Shown here: positions 38,601 to 47,947 of the stretch, piece by piece
How positions within the stretch are numbered: position 1 is the first letter of the stretch
How the letters are laid out: each line of letters begins with the position of its first letter
Origin: a virus
Lineage: Duplodnaviria; Caudoviricetes
Strand: one strand, 5' to 3'
Length of the DNA stretch: 62,091 nt
IMG/VR virus record: IMGVR_UViG_3300031228_000005
Location: 1-62,091 of that record
Translations under genes and position numbers: made by a program
The notes under the pieces: generated by a model
What the model was told of the DNA's origin: nothing
The model's database searches: none
The model's input: only the letters and a program-made list of their open reading frames with translations

Positions 38601-38802
38601 GAACCCCGACACGGTGCTATCGATCCAGCACCTTGTGCCCGGTGTCGTCGTTCCCCTGCGCTCGACAGGTACGCTACGTACCGTGGTCGCCACCCAGAAA
38701 TTGGACGCTATCAAGGTGGTAGAGGCCGAGGGTCAAGAGAGCATCACGATCACACTGTCCCCCTTCTCCCGCGATGATGTAGAAGTCGAGGAGGGCGAAT
38801 GA
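35671..38802 (+). CDS. Large minor tail protein (Ig/FN3-like domains + baseplate hub-like C-terminus)
   Basis: YEWRV.V.D...SEWS FN3 ends; WNRVRDDIS.A, RVWEGPI hub-like motifs. Confidence 0.8.
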   Translation: MVSWLAPGAVGGVIRTKWAGGGASDPWLLLFDPKAYSLASPGTVDLNGATRNQYAIAGVTTFPASGSFSYDSADVDEALFSPMGAAAFLVRADTMIIDPEVVPTPTQIRNAAGALYVGGTGVGGSASTLTATTGTLNLEFEFPAAAVDPNKKYWIAVIPSYFNTYPPTSKAQITSLGDANINGRALSLWTNRSPGTPVITSPTENVIFSGATTPVVFGSGDPDRVTSFPTDWFRSSFADIAGVHIQYAPASVTDPLDPLWDDLPIVSTDGSKLGRGWHIVAANPEAGFAIGEDGAENFWANREISIQCGGSFIPMAGYLPVGEWQVRIRTFDYGHSRSTGDIADPDIPTPPLNDATGNYTPDTYPAVNTSPWSESVFIASAPQVLKPLAISPRDNAAVVEGAATTLTWRYRNTYSPPFPQKYRTVQIRRVGDAEWTTLTGDNDWDLLADNPDFTTDGDGWTERPFESSWTWSAGALENAVGNGLRRSDADVPARPFGTSAYRIRTTFTNTVPVQSILEYSFGTWQGAASKGAFWEPATAVDSPVRVSEVYAPGTHTHEEVWVASETDPDGTYVWVSPRAAWSGGASTISVDSVHFEAAAETTDTSYLVTGFDLVSGNQYEWRVMVTDADDESSEWSDPARFWVIPVPASGAVIPSPEELIEGATLGCGTHRVFVYRRGGRERVGEITDISSLDWNRVRDDISTAKINVSGWGIDCGNLLSELQTWAYEVVIFRDNGFGAERVWEGPITLLTYERDKVVIHAKDVMVYSYRRIIKQALSDFGNSPTAGASVTNRAMRVLQNAFAPDDPNVLAYLQDLEQPDDAKQYRSTPAYGRTAFEEVDDMAANAGLDYTVVGRAILLWGTKHRIGTLPEFRDKDLGSSPIVSEYGMSMSNSYAISDGNGVYGEATRLDENDEDPVYGLVEMLSSTWASESADETGTYTEAGLATLRQSFADASERSISDRYPPPVVVRVPDNTRLNPDTVLSIQHLVPGVVVPLRSTGTLRTVVATQKLDAIKVVEAEGQESITITLSPFSRDDVEVEEGE

Positions 38803-39179
38803 GTAACCAGAACTGGCGTACCGATATAGACGCGGGCGACTACTTCGGGCAGCAGAAGAAGACGCTGGCTATGGCTGACCGGCGTCCTGTCATCCGCAGG
38901 GCGGCGGATCTTGTCGGCCCTGGCATCGGGGCCAACACCGTGCGTATCACCGACTACAACAACCTGCTCGCCACGTTCAACGGGTTCTACTCATCCGCGT
39001 CCGGAGCGGATAACGCCCCGAACGCGGATGAGAACTTCGTCGGTTACGTGGTGTCGGACGCAGAGTTCGGTGGACGACAGGTGTTCACAGGCTTGACGAG
39101 CGGGGCCACGTACTCCCGCTTGTTCAACAGGAGCCTTGCCGATCCGGAACTTATAGGGTGGAGTGCGTGGGTGCTCTAA
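38799..39179 (+). CDS. Minor tail protein
   Basis: Last rightward gene; FNGFYSS...NAP...WSAW knob-like pattern. Confidence 0.65.
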   Translation: MSNQNWRTDIDAGDYFGQQKKTLAMADRRPVIRRAADLVGPGIGANTVRITDYNNLLATFNGFYSSASGADNAPNADENFVGYVVSDAEFGGRQVFTGLTSGATYSRLFNRSLADPELIGWSAWVL

Positions 39180-39188
39180 CCGACGCGG

Positions 39189-39893
39189 TTAGCCCCGTTC
39201 CCACCGAGAGGGTTTCTGGAAACGCTTCTTGATGGCCGAGGAGTACCGACGCCATGACTGGTCCGATGTGCTGATCCACGGGGTGCCAATGCCCGGTTGC
39301 TTGGTGCTGAGTTTGGCATCGTGGATCGGGTACGCCTCGATCTTGTTGAGCACCCCGTAGGCGGTCCTCCACTGCGGGACCGTGTCCGACATGCCCCCGT
39401 CCCACCTAGACAGGGCCTCCAACATGCCGTCAGGCTTGCAGACGAGCGGTCTGTGGGCCTCGTAGGAGTCTGGGTGGGGGAATCCTAGGCCGTCGAGCCA
39501 TGAGGCCGTCAGACGGAGACTCTTGGGCCACCACAGACCCACGTTGGGCGGGAAGTGCGCGATCTGCTCGGCCAAGGTGCAGTTGCGCTTGACCGGGAGG
39601 ATCGAACCTACGGGGTCGAGGCAGAAGAAGTCGTCGTTCATGTAGACGGCTTCTCCTGCCCCCATGTCAACGGCACACTCGGCTCCGAGCATCACGTTGT
39701 CGAACACAGCGAGCGGCATGGACTTGTAGTGGTTGCCGGGTAGGTGAACATCGGGCAGTAGCCACGACGGCTCGTAACCCACCGTCATCAGTTCGAGTCC
39801 ACCGGGTAGATGGAGGTTCGTCTCCCACGAGCGCAGTGCGTAGCGCAGTTCCTCGTTCACGTCTCCCGGTCGTACCGGGCAGATGAGCAGCAT
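39189..39893 (-). CDS. Stealth-family-like sugar-phosphate transferase
   Basis: NEELRYALRS and VYMNDDFF resemble Stealth CR2 motifs. Confidence 0.6.
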   Translation of the reverse strand: MLLICPVRPGDVNEELRYALRSWETNLHLPGGLELMTVGYEPSWLLPDVHLPGNHYKSMPLAVFDNVMLGAECAVDMGAGEAVYMNDDFFCLDPVGSILPVKRNCTLAEQIAHFPPNVGLWWPKSLRLTASWLDGLGFPHPDSYEAHRPLVCKPDGMLEALSRWDGGMSDTVPQWRTAYGVLNKIEAYPIHDAKLSTKQPGIGTPWISTSDQSWRRYSSAIKKRFQKPSRWERG

Positions 39894-40125
39894 GTCAGCC
39901 CTCCTCCTTCGGCAGGATGTTGAAGTACACCGTGGCTCCGTGACGCTCCCAGAGCATGACGTGGTTGCCGTCGAGGGTGTTTGTAACTCCTATGTCGTCC
40001 ATGTCAGCCTCCTATCTTGGTGTGCCACGCAACGTGGACTTCTGTGTCACCTGAGACCAGCAGAGCGGCGCAGGACAGGCAGCGGAGCAGGTCCGAGCCT
40101 GCGTGATACCACGGCATGAACTCGA

Positions 40126-40335
40126 TCATGCGGTCCTCCTCTCTCCATGTGGCATACGAGCGGCTTGGATCAGACGGAGGTCGGCGGGGATCTGATCCAC
40201 CTCGCGCACCATCAGGACGCGGCGTGACGAGCACCCGGCGCATAGAGGCTCACCGGGCTCACGGACTTTGCTGCCCTTGCGCAGGGCGGCGGGGGTCATG
40301 TGTCTCGACGGAGCGCCACAGTCTGCACACTTCAT
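40126..40335 (-). CDS. Small zinc-finger protein
   Basis: MKCADC...LCAGC. Confidence 0.55.
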   Translation of the reverse strand: MKCADCGAPSRHMTPAALRKGSKVREPGEPLCAGCSSRRVLMVREVDQIPADLRLIQAARMPHGERRTA

Positions 40336-40556
40336 AGTCTGATCCCTCTCCCGTTGTGCTTCTTGGTGATGTGCTTGTCGATCCGGTCCTCGATCACCTT
40401 CGAGCGTTGGTGGATGAACGTCGCGCCACACGAGCAGGCGGCTGCGTTTGACACCGGGTAGGAGATGATCGCCAACCCGACAGCCTTGGTACCGGGCTGG
40501 CTCAACTTGGCCTGCCGGTCAGCGGGTGTTGGTCGGTTTCCAGAAACCTCCATCAC
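40332..40556 (-). CDS. Small protein with C-x-C...H-x3-H motif
   Basis: ACSCG...HITKKH; coupled to neighbours. Confidence 0.6.
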   Translation of the reverse strand: MMEVSGNRPTPADRQAKLSQPGTKAVGLAIISYPVSNAAACSCGATFIHQRSKVIEDRIDKHITKKHNGRGIRL

Positions 40557-41134
40557 ACGTGCCTTGTCTGCGAGAGAACGAACGCGGCCTCTTGGGCGTG
40601 CTTACCCGAACCCTCTGCGATGAGATCAGCCTCGATGCTGTACTTGTGCAACCACTCTTTGAACGCCTTCTCCTCGTGGTCCTCCGCACCGGGGTAGGAA
40701 TGGAACTCATCGAACACGATGATGGTCCCGTCATGCACAGCGTCGGTGACCCCCTCCAAGGCCGTGACCGTACTGCTGTAGAGATCACAGTCGATGTGGA
40801 CCAGTCCCAGCCGGGGGAAGGGGAACGAGGGGACGGTATCCTCGAACCAACCCGGCACGATCATGGATTTGGGTGGCGGGAACCCCGCTCGGATACCGGG
40901 AGCCTTGGCGAGGCTGAACTTCCCCTTGGAGAATCCCTCGCGCCAGTCCTCGGGCAGGCCCTCGAACGAGTCGAAGCCGATGACTGGCATGTGACTGGCG
41001 ATGAGCCCCAAGGAGTACCCGGTGTAGACACCGAACTCGACGGCCCATCCCTCGGGCTCGGGTGCGATGGCGAGCGAGGGGCCGCGCCCCGTCAGCACGC
41101 TTCGCAGCGTGGCGTAGTCGGTCTCGATGCTCAT
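40553..41134 (-). CDS. SAM-dependent sugar O-methyltransferase (TylF/MycF-like)
   Basis: EFGVYTG, GFDSFEGLP, GWFEDT, VHIDCDLYSST, IVFDEF. Confidence 0.85.
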   Translation of the reverse strand: MSIETDYATLRSVLTGRGPSLAIAPEPEGWAVEFGVYTGYSLGLIASHMPVIGFDSFEGLPEDWREGFSKGKFSLAKAPGIRAGFPPPKSMIVPGWFEDTVPSFPFPRLGLVHIDCDLYSSTVTALEGVTDAVHDGTIIVFDEFHSYPGAEDHEEKAFKEWLHKYSIEADLIAEGSGKHAQEAAFVLSQTRHV

Positions 41135-41502
41135 ACGTTCTCTCCTGACAGTGTGATGAGATTGGTGGTCTCGGTCGGTGGGTCGAGCCTGTCGGCCTGC
41201 TCCATCAGCCACAGGGACGGGATGGACGGGCCGTCCTGTACCCACGTCTTGCGAAGCCGTTGCAGGACCGCCTCCTCGCGCACGGTGCTGTAGCGATCAG
41301 CCGCGTCACGGAAGGCGATGGCGACAACCCGGTTGCTCGTGTAGTCCGCGATGTGCGCGATGCACTTGGCGTGGTTGGTGTCCTGCTGGTCTGCGAAGTC
41401 ACGCTCGACGTCGAGGACCCACGAGACCAGCCAGACCACGATCAGGGCCAGAGCGATCACAGCCAGCACGAGGCCGATGATGAGCCACCCTGCGGCGGTC
41501 AC
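41131..41502 (-). CDS. Membrane protein
   Basis: N-terminal TM helix. Confidence 0.7.
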   Translation of the reverse strand: MTAAGWLIIGLVLAVIALALIVVWLVSWVLDVERDFADQQDTNHAKCIAHIADYTSNRVVAIAFRDAADRYSTVREEAVLQRLRKTWVQDGPSIPSLWLMEQADRLDPPTETTNLITLSGENV

Positions 41503-41999
41503 AGCGATCCCTCCGCAGCCAGAAACTCAGCGTCGGTCCATGGTGCATCGCCCACCATCGCGGTCAAGAACCCGTCTTCTCCGCTGTCGTCGTCGTCGTC
41601 GCCATCGGTCAGGACCCCCCACGCCTCAGCCAGCCCGAACGACTCACGGCTGTCCTGAGTGCGTGGGTTGGCCTTCATGGAGACGAGGACACGCTGGCCC
41701 TCCGCGATGATGGCCTCGATCCGGGGATCGGCGTTGAAGTCGAACAATGTGAACAGCGCGATCAGGGTGCTTCGGTCCTCGTCGTCCAACACGGACAGGT
41801 CGAAGGTCACGTCGAGCGCGGTGTTGCGCCCGTCGTGGTTGCTGTACTCGACGGGGGTTTCTGGAAACAGATCCGCCATCTCCGCGACGAGAGTCTTGAT
41901 GGCCCAGCACACCCGCTTGCTGTTGGTTGCGACGATCCCGTTCTGGCGCTCCCGGATGGTCGCGTCCATGGGCTGCATCTTGTCGGTCTTCTCGCTCAT
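41499..41999 (-). CDS. Hypothetical acidic protein
   Basis: RBS AGAGGAGA before MSEKTDK. Confidence 0.75.
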   Translation of the reverse strand: MSEKTDKMQPMDATIRERQNGIVATNSKRVCWAIKTLVAEMADLFPETPVEYSNHDGRNTALDVTFDLSVLDDEDRSTLIALFTLFDFNADPRIEAIIAEGQRVLVSMKANPRTQDSRESFGLAEAWGVLTDGDDDDDSGEDGFLTAMVGDAPWTDAEFLAAEGSL

Positions 42000-42092
42000 C
42001 TTGTGTCTCCTCTTTTGGCAAGGCAGTGGTTGTGTTGATCGTTTTCGCAGGCCGAGCACACAGGGCCTAGGTGCTCAGTCCAGCAGCAGCAC

Positions 42093-42503
42093 TCACCCAT
42101 CGAGGCCCAACTCCTTTCGCACCCGAGCGGCCTCAGCCTTGACGAACGCGAGACCAATCTTGCGCTCCCTACGGATGCGCTGTTCATATCGGTCTTGCGA
42201 CAGGCGCTCAGACTGTTCCGGGGTTCGCTTCGCCTTCATCTTCGCGAACGCAGTCTCGAAGTTCGCCATCGCTTTCTTCATCGCACTAAGGAAGTCTGGT
42301 GGGTCCGATGGTGCGTACGGGTTGCGCTCCTGTGTGTACACAGCGATCTCCCGCAGGCTGTGCTCAAGAATCACCATCGGATCGTCAATGGGCAGACCGG
42401 CCCTGCCACACGCCCGGATGTGCAGCGTCAGGGCGTGGATCTGTTCGATGTGCCGAACCAGCGGGCCTCTCGGCAGGGTGGGGACGAACTCCTCTGTCCT
42501 CAT
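42093..42503 (-). CDS. Hypothetical protein
   Basis: ORF coupled to glycosyltransferase stop. Confidence 0.65.
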   Translation of the reverse strand: MRTEEFVPTLPRGPLVRHIEQIHALTLHIRACGRAGLPIDDPMVILEHSLREIAVYTQERNPYAPSDPPDFLSAMKKAMANFETAFAKMKAKRTPEQSERLSQDRYEQRIRRERKIGLAFVKAEAARVRKELGLDG

Positions 42504-43273
42504 GACCGAACCCCCATCAGGTTGCGCACGTGGGTGTACCCACCGCCCCGGATGTCAGCGCGCATTCTGACCAGTAGGGCTTTGTTGGCCCGCGTGGCAG
42601 CCACGTCAGCGTCGCTCAGATGGTCTCCCTTGTGTCCGGGGAGGTGGTACAGGTGGACGGCGGGGCCGTCAACGTACCGGGTCTCGTGCCCCGTGAGGAA
42701 GGCGAACCCCTCCTCAATGATCCTGTCGTCGTACCAGTTGCCGGACGTGGCCTCGGTGAACCCACCGACCTTCTCCAACGTGTCGGCGCTGATCACGTTG
42801 ACAGCCCCGATGGACTTGCCGTTGTCCATGGTGGACTCGGCTGTGATCTTGAAGATTGAGTCCGACCTGTCACGTGGGATGTCCCACCACGCGGCGATGG
42901 ACTCCGTCGACTTGTCGTGGTAGATGTTCCGGAGAAGCGAGGTGTTGTAGTCGGACCAGTACCGGTACTGCGTGAACGGCACGACCAGACCCGGCCTGTG
43001 CTCTGCCATCAACGCGGCGTCCACGATCTGGCTTGGGTGGATGAGCATGTCCGCCTCGGTGAACACGAACACGTCGGCGTCCGGGTTTCCAGAAACCGCT
43101 CGGTTGTAGGCGCGGTGCCGGTTGAACTGGGTGTCGCCCCTGAGCCCGTCACTCCATATCTGGGGCTCGAATCCGTGGGCGTACCACCACGCCTGTACGA
43201 TTTCGAGGTTGGCCGCTCTACGGGGGTCTGCACCCTCACGCAGGCGGAACGGGATGATGACTGCGATCTTCAT
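42500..43273 (-). CDS. GT-A fold glycosyltransferase (GT2/GT7-like)
   Basis: IAVIIPFR, FNRHRAYN, FTEADM, VGGFTE..GNWYDD, HLYH. Confidence 0.8.
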   Translation of the reverse strand: MKIAVIIPFRLREGADPRRAANLEIVQAWWYAHGFEPQIWSDGLRGDTQFNRHRAYNRAVSGNPDADVFVFTEADMLIHPSQIVDAALMAEHRPGLVVPFTQYRYWSDYNTSLLRNIYHDKSTESIAAWWDIPRDRSDSIFKITAESTMDNGKSIGAVNVISADTLEKVGGFTEATSGNWYDDRIIEEGFAFLTGHETRYVDGPAVHLYHLPGHKGDHLSDADVAATRANKALLVRMRADIRGGGYTHVRNLMGVRS

Positions 43274-43295
43274 GTGCTGCTCCTTTTCTGTCGGT

Positions 43296-43556
43296 CTATC
43301 GGGACGTGCTTGGGGTCTTCTCAGCGAGGAAGCCGATCTCCCCGAGAATCCACTCCAAGGCGACTACCTCCCACTCTGCGTACGCTGCGCCGCCAGAGCC
43401 GCCGCCGTTCTCCAAGCCCCCGGTCTCTTGGACCTGCGCCTCTAGGAAGCGCAGTCGCCGCAGGAGAAGGCGGGCGCTGCGCAACTCCTGCCGGGTGAAC
43501 TCACTGCGGGCGTCAGGGGCCTCGTGGTACTCACTCTTGCTCGGGTCGACCCTCAT
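43296..43556 (-). CDS. Hypothetical protein
   Basis: ORF coupled to helicase stop. Confidence 0.6.
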   Translation of the reverse strand: MRVDPSKSEYHEAPDARSEFTRQELRSARLLLRRLRFLEAQVQETGGLENGGGSGGAAYAEWEVVALEWILGEIGFLAEKTPSTSR

Positions 43557-44596
43557 AGGTCATCTTCCTCTCCGTCATCACTTTCGAGGTCTGCTTCTTC
43601 GTTGATGTCTGGCATGGACGTGAACGCCGCTGCCGCTGCGCCTGCCGGTAGGTGCATCCCTGCCAGTGTCATCGCACCGAGATCGAGGTCGACTAGGTGT
43701 GTCACACTATCAGGTGCGGTGACGACCACGGGTGTCATCATCGTCTGTCCGATTGCGGCGCGGTACTTCACCATCCGCAACTTCCTCTCCTCCAAGCCCG
43801 TACCCTCCACTGACACAATGCTATCGGCTACGTCATGGTGCACCGACGATCCACGAGCCTTGCCGGGGGTATTCTCGGTGGAGTGGACGATCACGATGAT
43901 CGCCTTGGCCCCCACCTCCGTGAGCGCGAACTTGATCAGATCGCGGTAGTGGGCCTGCGTCAGACCGGCGTCGTTCTGGTCGTGTGCGAAGAACGATGCG
44001 CTGAACGAGTCAATCATCACGACCTCGACGTTGCTGGCCTGCCATGCCGCCACGATCTGTGCACGCATCGCGGGCACCCCGAGCGGGTTGCCCCGCTTAT
44101 AGGCGTTGACGACGCTGACCTTGGCCGGGTCGATGTTCGGGAACCCGCTCATCCAGTCGAGCACCATCGCGGCGTCCATGTCGTAGGACATGATCCCGAC
44201 GCTGCCCATGATCGGCTTCGCCGGTTGGCCCAACCAGTCCTCCCCGGTCATGAGGCTGTTGAACATCTGCAAGCCCAGCGTGGACTTACCGGAGCCGGAC
44301 GGCCCGAGCATCAGGCACAGGCCGTTGGCCTTGACCACACCTTCGATCAGGTCGAGCGGGGCTGTTGCGGGGTTCGTCTTGTAGTTTGCCAATGTCACCA
44401 TCTCCAATACAGGGGTGCTATCTGCGTCGAGTTCTTGCTGGAATGTGAGTGCTGCCTCGTGCCTGACTCGAAGCCGCGCGGTCTCGTGTTCAACTTCTGT
44501 GTCGTGCTTGATCTTCTTGCGTAGCCTGTGCTCTGCCTCTGCTGCATCGGCTGCCACCTCCCACTCGACTCGCGCGGTTTCTGGAAACTGGATCAC
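43553..44596 (-). CDS. RecA/RepA-like AAA helicase
   Basis: Walker A GPSGSGKST, Walker B VVMIDS, VH...ARGSS. Confidence 0.85.
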   Translation of the reverse strand: MIQFPETARVEWEVAADAAEAEHRLRKKIKHDTEVEHETARLRVRHEAALTFQQELDADSTPVLEMVTLANYKTNPATAPLDLIEGVVKANGLCLMLGPSGSGKSTLGLQMFNSLMTGEDWLGQPAKPIMGSVGIMSYDMDAAMVLDWMSGFPNIDPAKVSVVNAYKRGNPLGVPAMRAQIVAAWQASNVEVVMIDSFSASFFAHDQNDAGLTQAHYRDLIKFALTEVGAKAIIVIVHSTENTPGKARGSSVHHDVADSIVSVEGTGLEERKLRMVKYRAAIGQTMMTPVVVTAPDSVTHLVDLDLGAMTLAGMHLPAGAAAAAFTSMPDINEEADLESDDGEEDDL

Positions 44597-44638
44597 ATTC
44601 GTTCACCTCCCCTCATCTGTTCCTTATCTATCTGGGGC

Positions 44639-45487
44639 TCAGTCCTTGCCGAACAGCGCCTCCGCTTCGGTGTCGAGATCATCGACAGTCACCCCGGCCC
44701 TGCGTAGGGCGCTGTCGATCGTCAGCGACACCTCGTCCTCGGTCAGGCCCAGCATGGTTGCGACATCGAACAACTCGTGCGGGTCGATCCCGTTGTCGAT
44801 GCACCGGCACACGGCCCAGTGCAGTGCGTTGTTGCGCTCGCCTGACTGACGCTCGGAGAGCCAGCCCTTGAGCGACGCGACCGAGGCCTGTCGTTCGTAG
44901 CCCAGCAGTTCGATGGGCTTCTTGGTCAGTTCGTTCATAGGGGCCAGCGACTTGACGATCAGGTCCCACAGCAGAGGCTCGTCCGTGGAGTTGGTCGTCT
45001 CGCCCATGTGCTCGTACGCACCCACCGACTTGTCCTCGTCATCGATCCACGAGGGGGGAGCCAGTACGTAGCCACCCTTGGAGCGCACATCGAGCCCGAG
45101 CAGGGCGTGGGCCTTGTTGGTGAGCCCCGGAGCGGCCTTGAAGTACAGGTGCCACCCGCCAGAGGGGGTCTTGACGACGTGCTTACAGCCGTTCAGGAGC
45201 CCCAGACGGTGCAGGCGGGGCAGATGGACCCTGCCGTCCGCGTCACCCTTAGAATCCACGTCCAGCACGTCCCAGACGATGCCTGTGGGGATGCCGATGG
45301 CCGCGTCACCGTGGTTGCGCCACCAGTTCTTGATCCTTTCCCTGTCGAGTGTCGCGTCGTGGAGCCCGTTCTTGGTCATCGGAGCCTTGGCCTTGACGCC
45401 TGTCGGGCGGCAGGGGAAGATGGGCTGACCGGACTTGACGAGCGCCTGCGCGGCGCGGTAGTAGGTGTTGGCAGAGGGGGCGCTCAC
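44639..45487 (-). CDS. Bifunctional primase/polymerase (Prim-Pol)
   Basis: PIFPC, IGIPTG..VLDVD, TPSGGWHLYF, DVRSKGGYVLAPPS, GERNN. Confidence 0.9.
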   Translation of the reverse strand: MSAPSANTYYRAAQALVKSGQPIFPCRPTGVKAKAPMTKNGLHDATLDRERIKNWWRNHGDAAIGIPTGIVWDVLDVDSKGDADGRVHLPRLHRLGLLNGCKHVVKTPSGGWHLYFKAAPGLTNKAHALLGLDVRSKGGYVLAPPSWIDDEDKSVGAYEHMGETTNSTDEPLLWDLIVKSLAPMNELTKKPIELLGYERQASVASLKGWLSERQSGERNNALHWAVCRCIDNGIDPHELFDVATMLGLTEDEVSLTIDSALRRAGVTVDDLDTEAEALFGKD

Positions 45488-46008
45488 CCTCGTGCTCGAT
45501 CAGCGAGCAGGACGTTGATCAGTGTGATCAGGTCACCGTTGGTCGGGCCGTACATCGCCGCCGCGCTATCGACCGCCGCTCGTTCTCGCTCGGTGAGGTC
45601 TGTGTTTCCAGAAACCTCGTGGACCTGAGACACCCGCTTGTCCTGCAACTCACGCTTCATCTTCTCGCCCATGGGCAGGTAGGCCAGCGGACTCATCAGG
45701 TCCATCTCGTGGGGCTCGATGCCCATGAGCGCTGCATTGTTCGCCAGCGCCTCGGCTGCCTTCTGGGACAACGTCGTCTTGCTGCGGGAATCGAGACCGA
45801 TGGCGCGCATCTTCTTGCGCACGGTGCCGGGTGAGACACCCAGCGCTGTCGCGATGTCGCGGTCGCTCATGAAGTTGGCCGCACCCTCATGTACGAGTCG
45901 AGTGAGCACCGCCTCGTAGCCAGAGAAGAACTCACTGCGGGCCTTGCCCCACTTCTCTCGTGCCTCGCGCAGACCTTCAAGCGCGATCACCACGTCGAGT
46001 CTCTTCAT
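45484..46008 (-). CDS. HTH DNA-binding protein
   Basis: MSDRDIATALGVSPGTVRKKM. Confidence 0.75.
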   Translation of the reverse strand: MKRLDVVIALEGLREAREKWGKARSEFFSGYEAVLTRLVHEGAANFMSDRDIATALGVSPGTVRKKMRAIGLDSRSKTTLSQKAAEALANNAALMGIEPHEMDLMSPLAYLPMGEKMKRELQDKRVSQVHEVSGNTDLTERERAAVDSAAAMYGPTNGDLITLINVLLADRARG

Positions 46009-46181
46009 CAGACCAGTCCTCTCGTAATGACATCGACCGTGACGTGGGCGCTCGGGGCGCATCCGCACGCATTGCACCGAATCTCGTTCATGAGGTCGAT
46101 CTGATCCTCGTCCTCGAAGACCTCACAGGTCTCACACCACCAGCCGGTGGCGACAGTACGCATCATCTTGTCTTCCTATCT

Positions 46182-47765
46182 CTAGCCGCGCGCGAACGTG
46201 CGGATGTGGTCGAGCAGGGCTTTCTCTAGATCACCCTTGTCCTTGTGCCTATCCAACATGATGTTGCCGATCAGCCCCGGAACGAAGCAGTTCCAGAACG
46301 TGACGTGCTTGCCCACCTGACCGTTGCGGTCAAGCCTACCCCGTGACTGCACCCAGTCGTTGCGTCGCTCGGACATAGACGCATAGACCGCGTTCTGTGC
46401 CGTGATCAACTCGTTGACCGACACGCTCATGGTGCGCTGCTGAGCCACGAGGATCGTGCGCTTCGGGTTTCTGGAAACGTCACCGAACCGGCGTCGGATG
46501 TCGAGCCTGTCGTTGGCCTTGGTCGCCCCAGTGATCAGGTCCACGTTGGTGTTCTTGTCGCGACGGAACAGGTCGGCCAGCATTGCGCACTCGGACTTGA
46601 AGTACGCGAACACCACGACTCGCTTCTCACCGGCCAGTTGGGTCTCCACCACCTCGCGCACGGTCTTGCGCATTGTGTCCCCGACGATGTGCACCTCACC
46701 GGACTCGGTGTCCTTGAGGAAGCCGCCGTGGATCTGGCGCAACTTCATCAACTTGGCGAGCACGTTGGGGACTTCGAGCAGTTCCCCGCTGTCGAGTTCA
46801 GCCGCCAAGTCCTCGGCCATCTCCTTGTACATCTTCGCTTCCTTGGGGCTCAGCGCGAAGTGCACGTCGATGTCTGTCACGGGTGGGAGATCGGGCAGCG
46901 CATCCTCCTTGCGCACCACGTGAGAGCGCTCAGCGATGCGGTCGTTCATCTCGTCTGCGTAGTCGTCATTCACACCGACAAGGGCCTTGCCCTTGTGCCC
47001 GCCCTTCTCTCCGTACCGCTGCTCGAACCTGCCGATGGGCCACGGGCGGATGCTCGCCTGCTGCGCCTTGGTCATCGTCAGCGGGTTCAGCGTGAACGCC
47101 TCGTGGTACTCATCGGAGAACGTCCACGGTGCGAGGAACCGCCACTGCCCGTACACGTCGAGGGGGGAGTTCGGGGCCACGGTCCCGGTCAGAATGATCC
47201 GGTGCGCGGACAACTGCCCCAACTGGTACATGACCTTCGACACGTTCGAGGTCGCAGCCTTGATGATGTGGCTCTCGTCCACCACGATCACGTGCGGGGC
47301 ATACTTGCGCACAGCCCGGAGCACGCGGATGGTGTCGGTGCGCTCCTTGCAGTAGGACGAGAGTGCGCCCGCGCTCATGGACAGGATGGTGACCTTGTTC
47401 CCGGCGATCTGCCGGGCCGTGGTGCCCTTGTGGTTGGCCTTGATCCCGGCGTCCGGTACGCCTGCCCAGTCGCGGGCCTTGGCGATCTTGAGCAGGAGGT
47501 CTCGCGTCGTGCCCTGCAACATGCGGGCCTTGACGGGTGAGTCCATGAACGGCGGGGCTTGGAAGACCCACGTGTCGGCGGCGGTCAGCGGTGCTACGAC
47601 CAGCACCCGGACCTCCTTCTGGCGTGCGGCCAGCGTATCGATCCATGCCAGTGTGGTGCCGGTCTTGCCGACACCGGGGTCGTAGAGCAGTGCGCCGATG
47701 CCATCAACGGATTCGAGGAACTTCACACCCTCGGCTTGGTGAGACATCAACTTGAACTTCGGCAT
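46182..47765 (-). CDS. SNF2-like (SF2) helicase
   Basis: DPGVGKT, VVDESH, LTGT, QSRGRLDRNGQ. Confidence 0.9.
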   Translation of the reverse strand: MPKFKLMSHQAEGVKFLESVDGIGALLYDPGVGKTGTTLAWIDTLAARQKEVRVLVVAPLTAADTWVFQAPPFMDSPVKARMLQGTTRDLLLKIAKARDWAGVPDAGIKANHKGTTARQIAGNKVTILSMSAGALSSYCKERTDTIRVLRAVRKYAPHVIVVDESHIIKAATSNVSKVMYQLGQLSAHRIILTGTVAPNSPLDVYGQWRFLAPWTFSDEYHEAFTLNPLTMTKAQQASIRPWPIGRFEQRYGEKGGHKGKALVGVNDDYADEMNDRIAERSHVVRKEDALPDLPPVTDIDVHFALSPKEAKMYKEMAEDLAAELDSGELLEVPNVLAKLMKLRQIHGGFLKDTESGEVHIVGDTMRKTVREVVETQLAGEKRVVVFAYFKSECAMLADLFRRDKNTNVDLITGATKANDRLDIRRRFGDVSRNPKRTILVAQQRTMSVSVNELITAQNAVYASMSERRNDWVQSRGRLDRNGQVGKHVTFWNCFVPGLIGNIMLDRHKDKGDLEKALLDHIRTFARG

Positions 47766-47947
47766 CTCTATCCTCTCTGTCTATCTCCGTGGTTTCTGGA
47801 AACGGTCTGCTCAGGTGAACCAGACGAGCCCCAACTTGATGAGCCCCATCACCATGAGAATGATGATCAACACCCCGACCATGCCCCAGAAGACGTTGGG
47901 GCCTTCGGTGCTGCCGTTCTCGATCGGTTCGTTCAGGTCCATGACTC

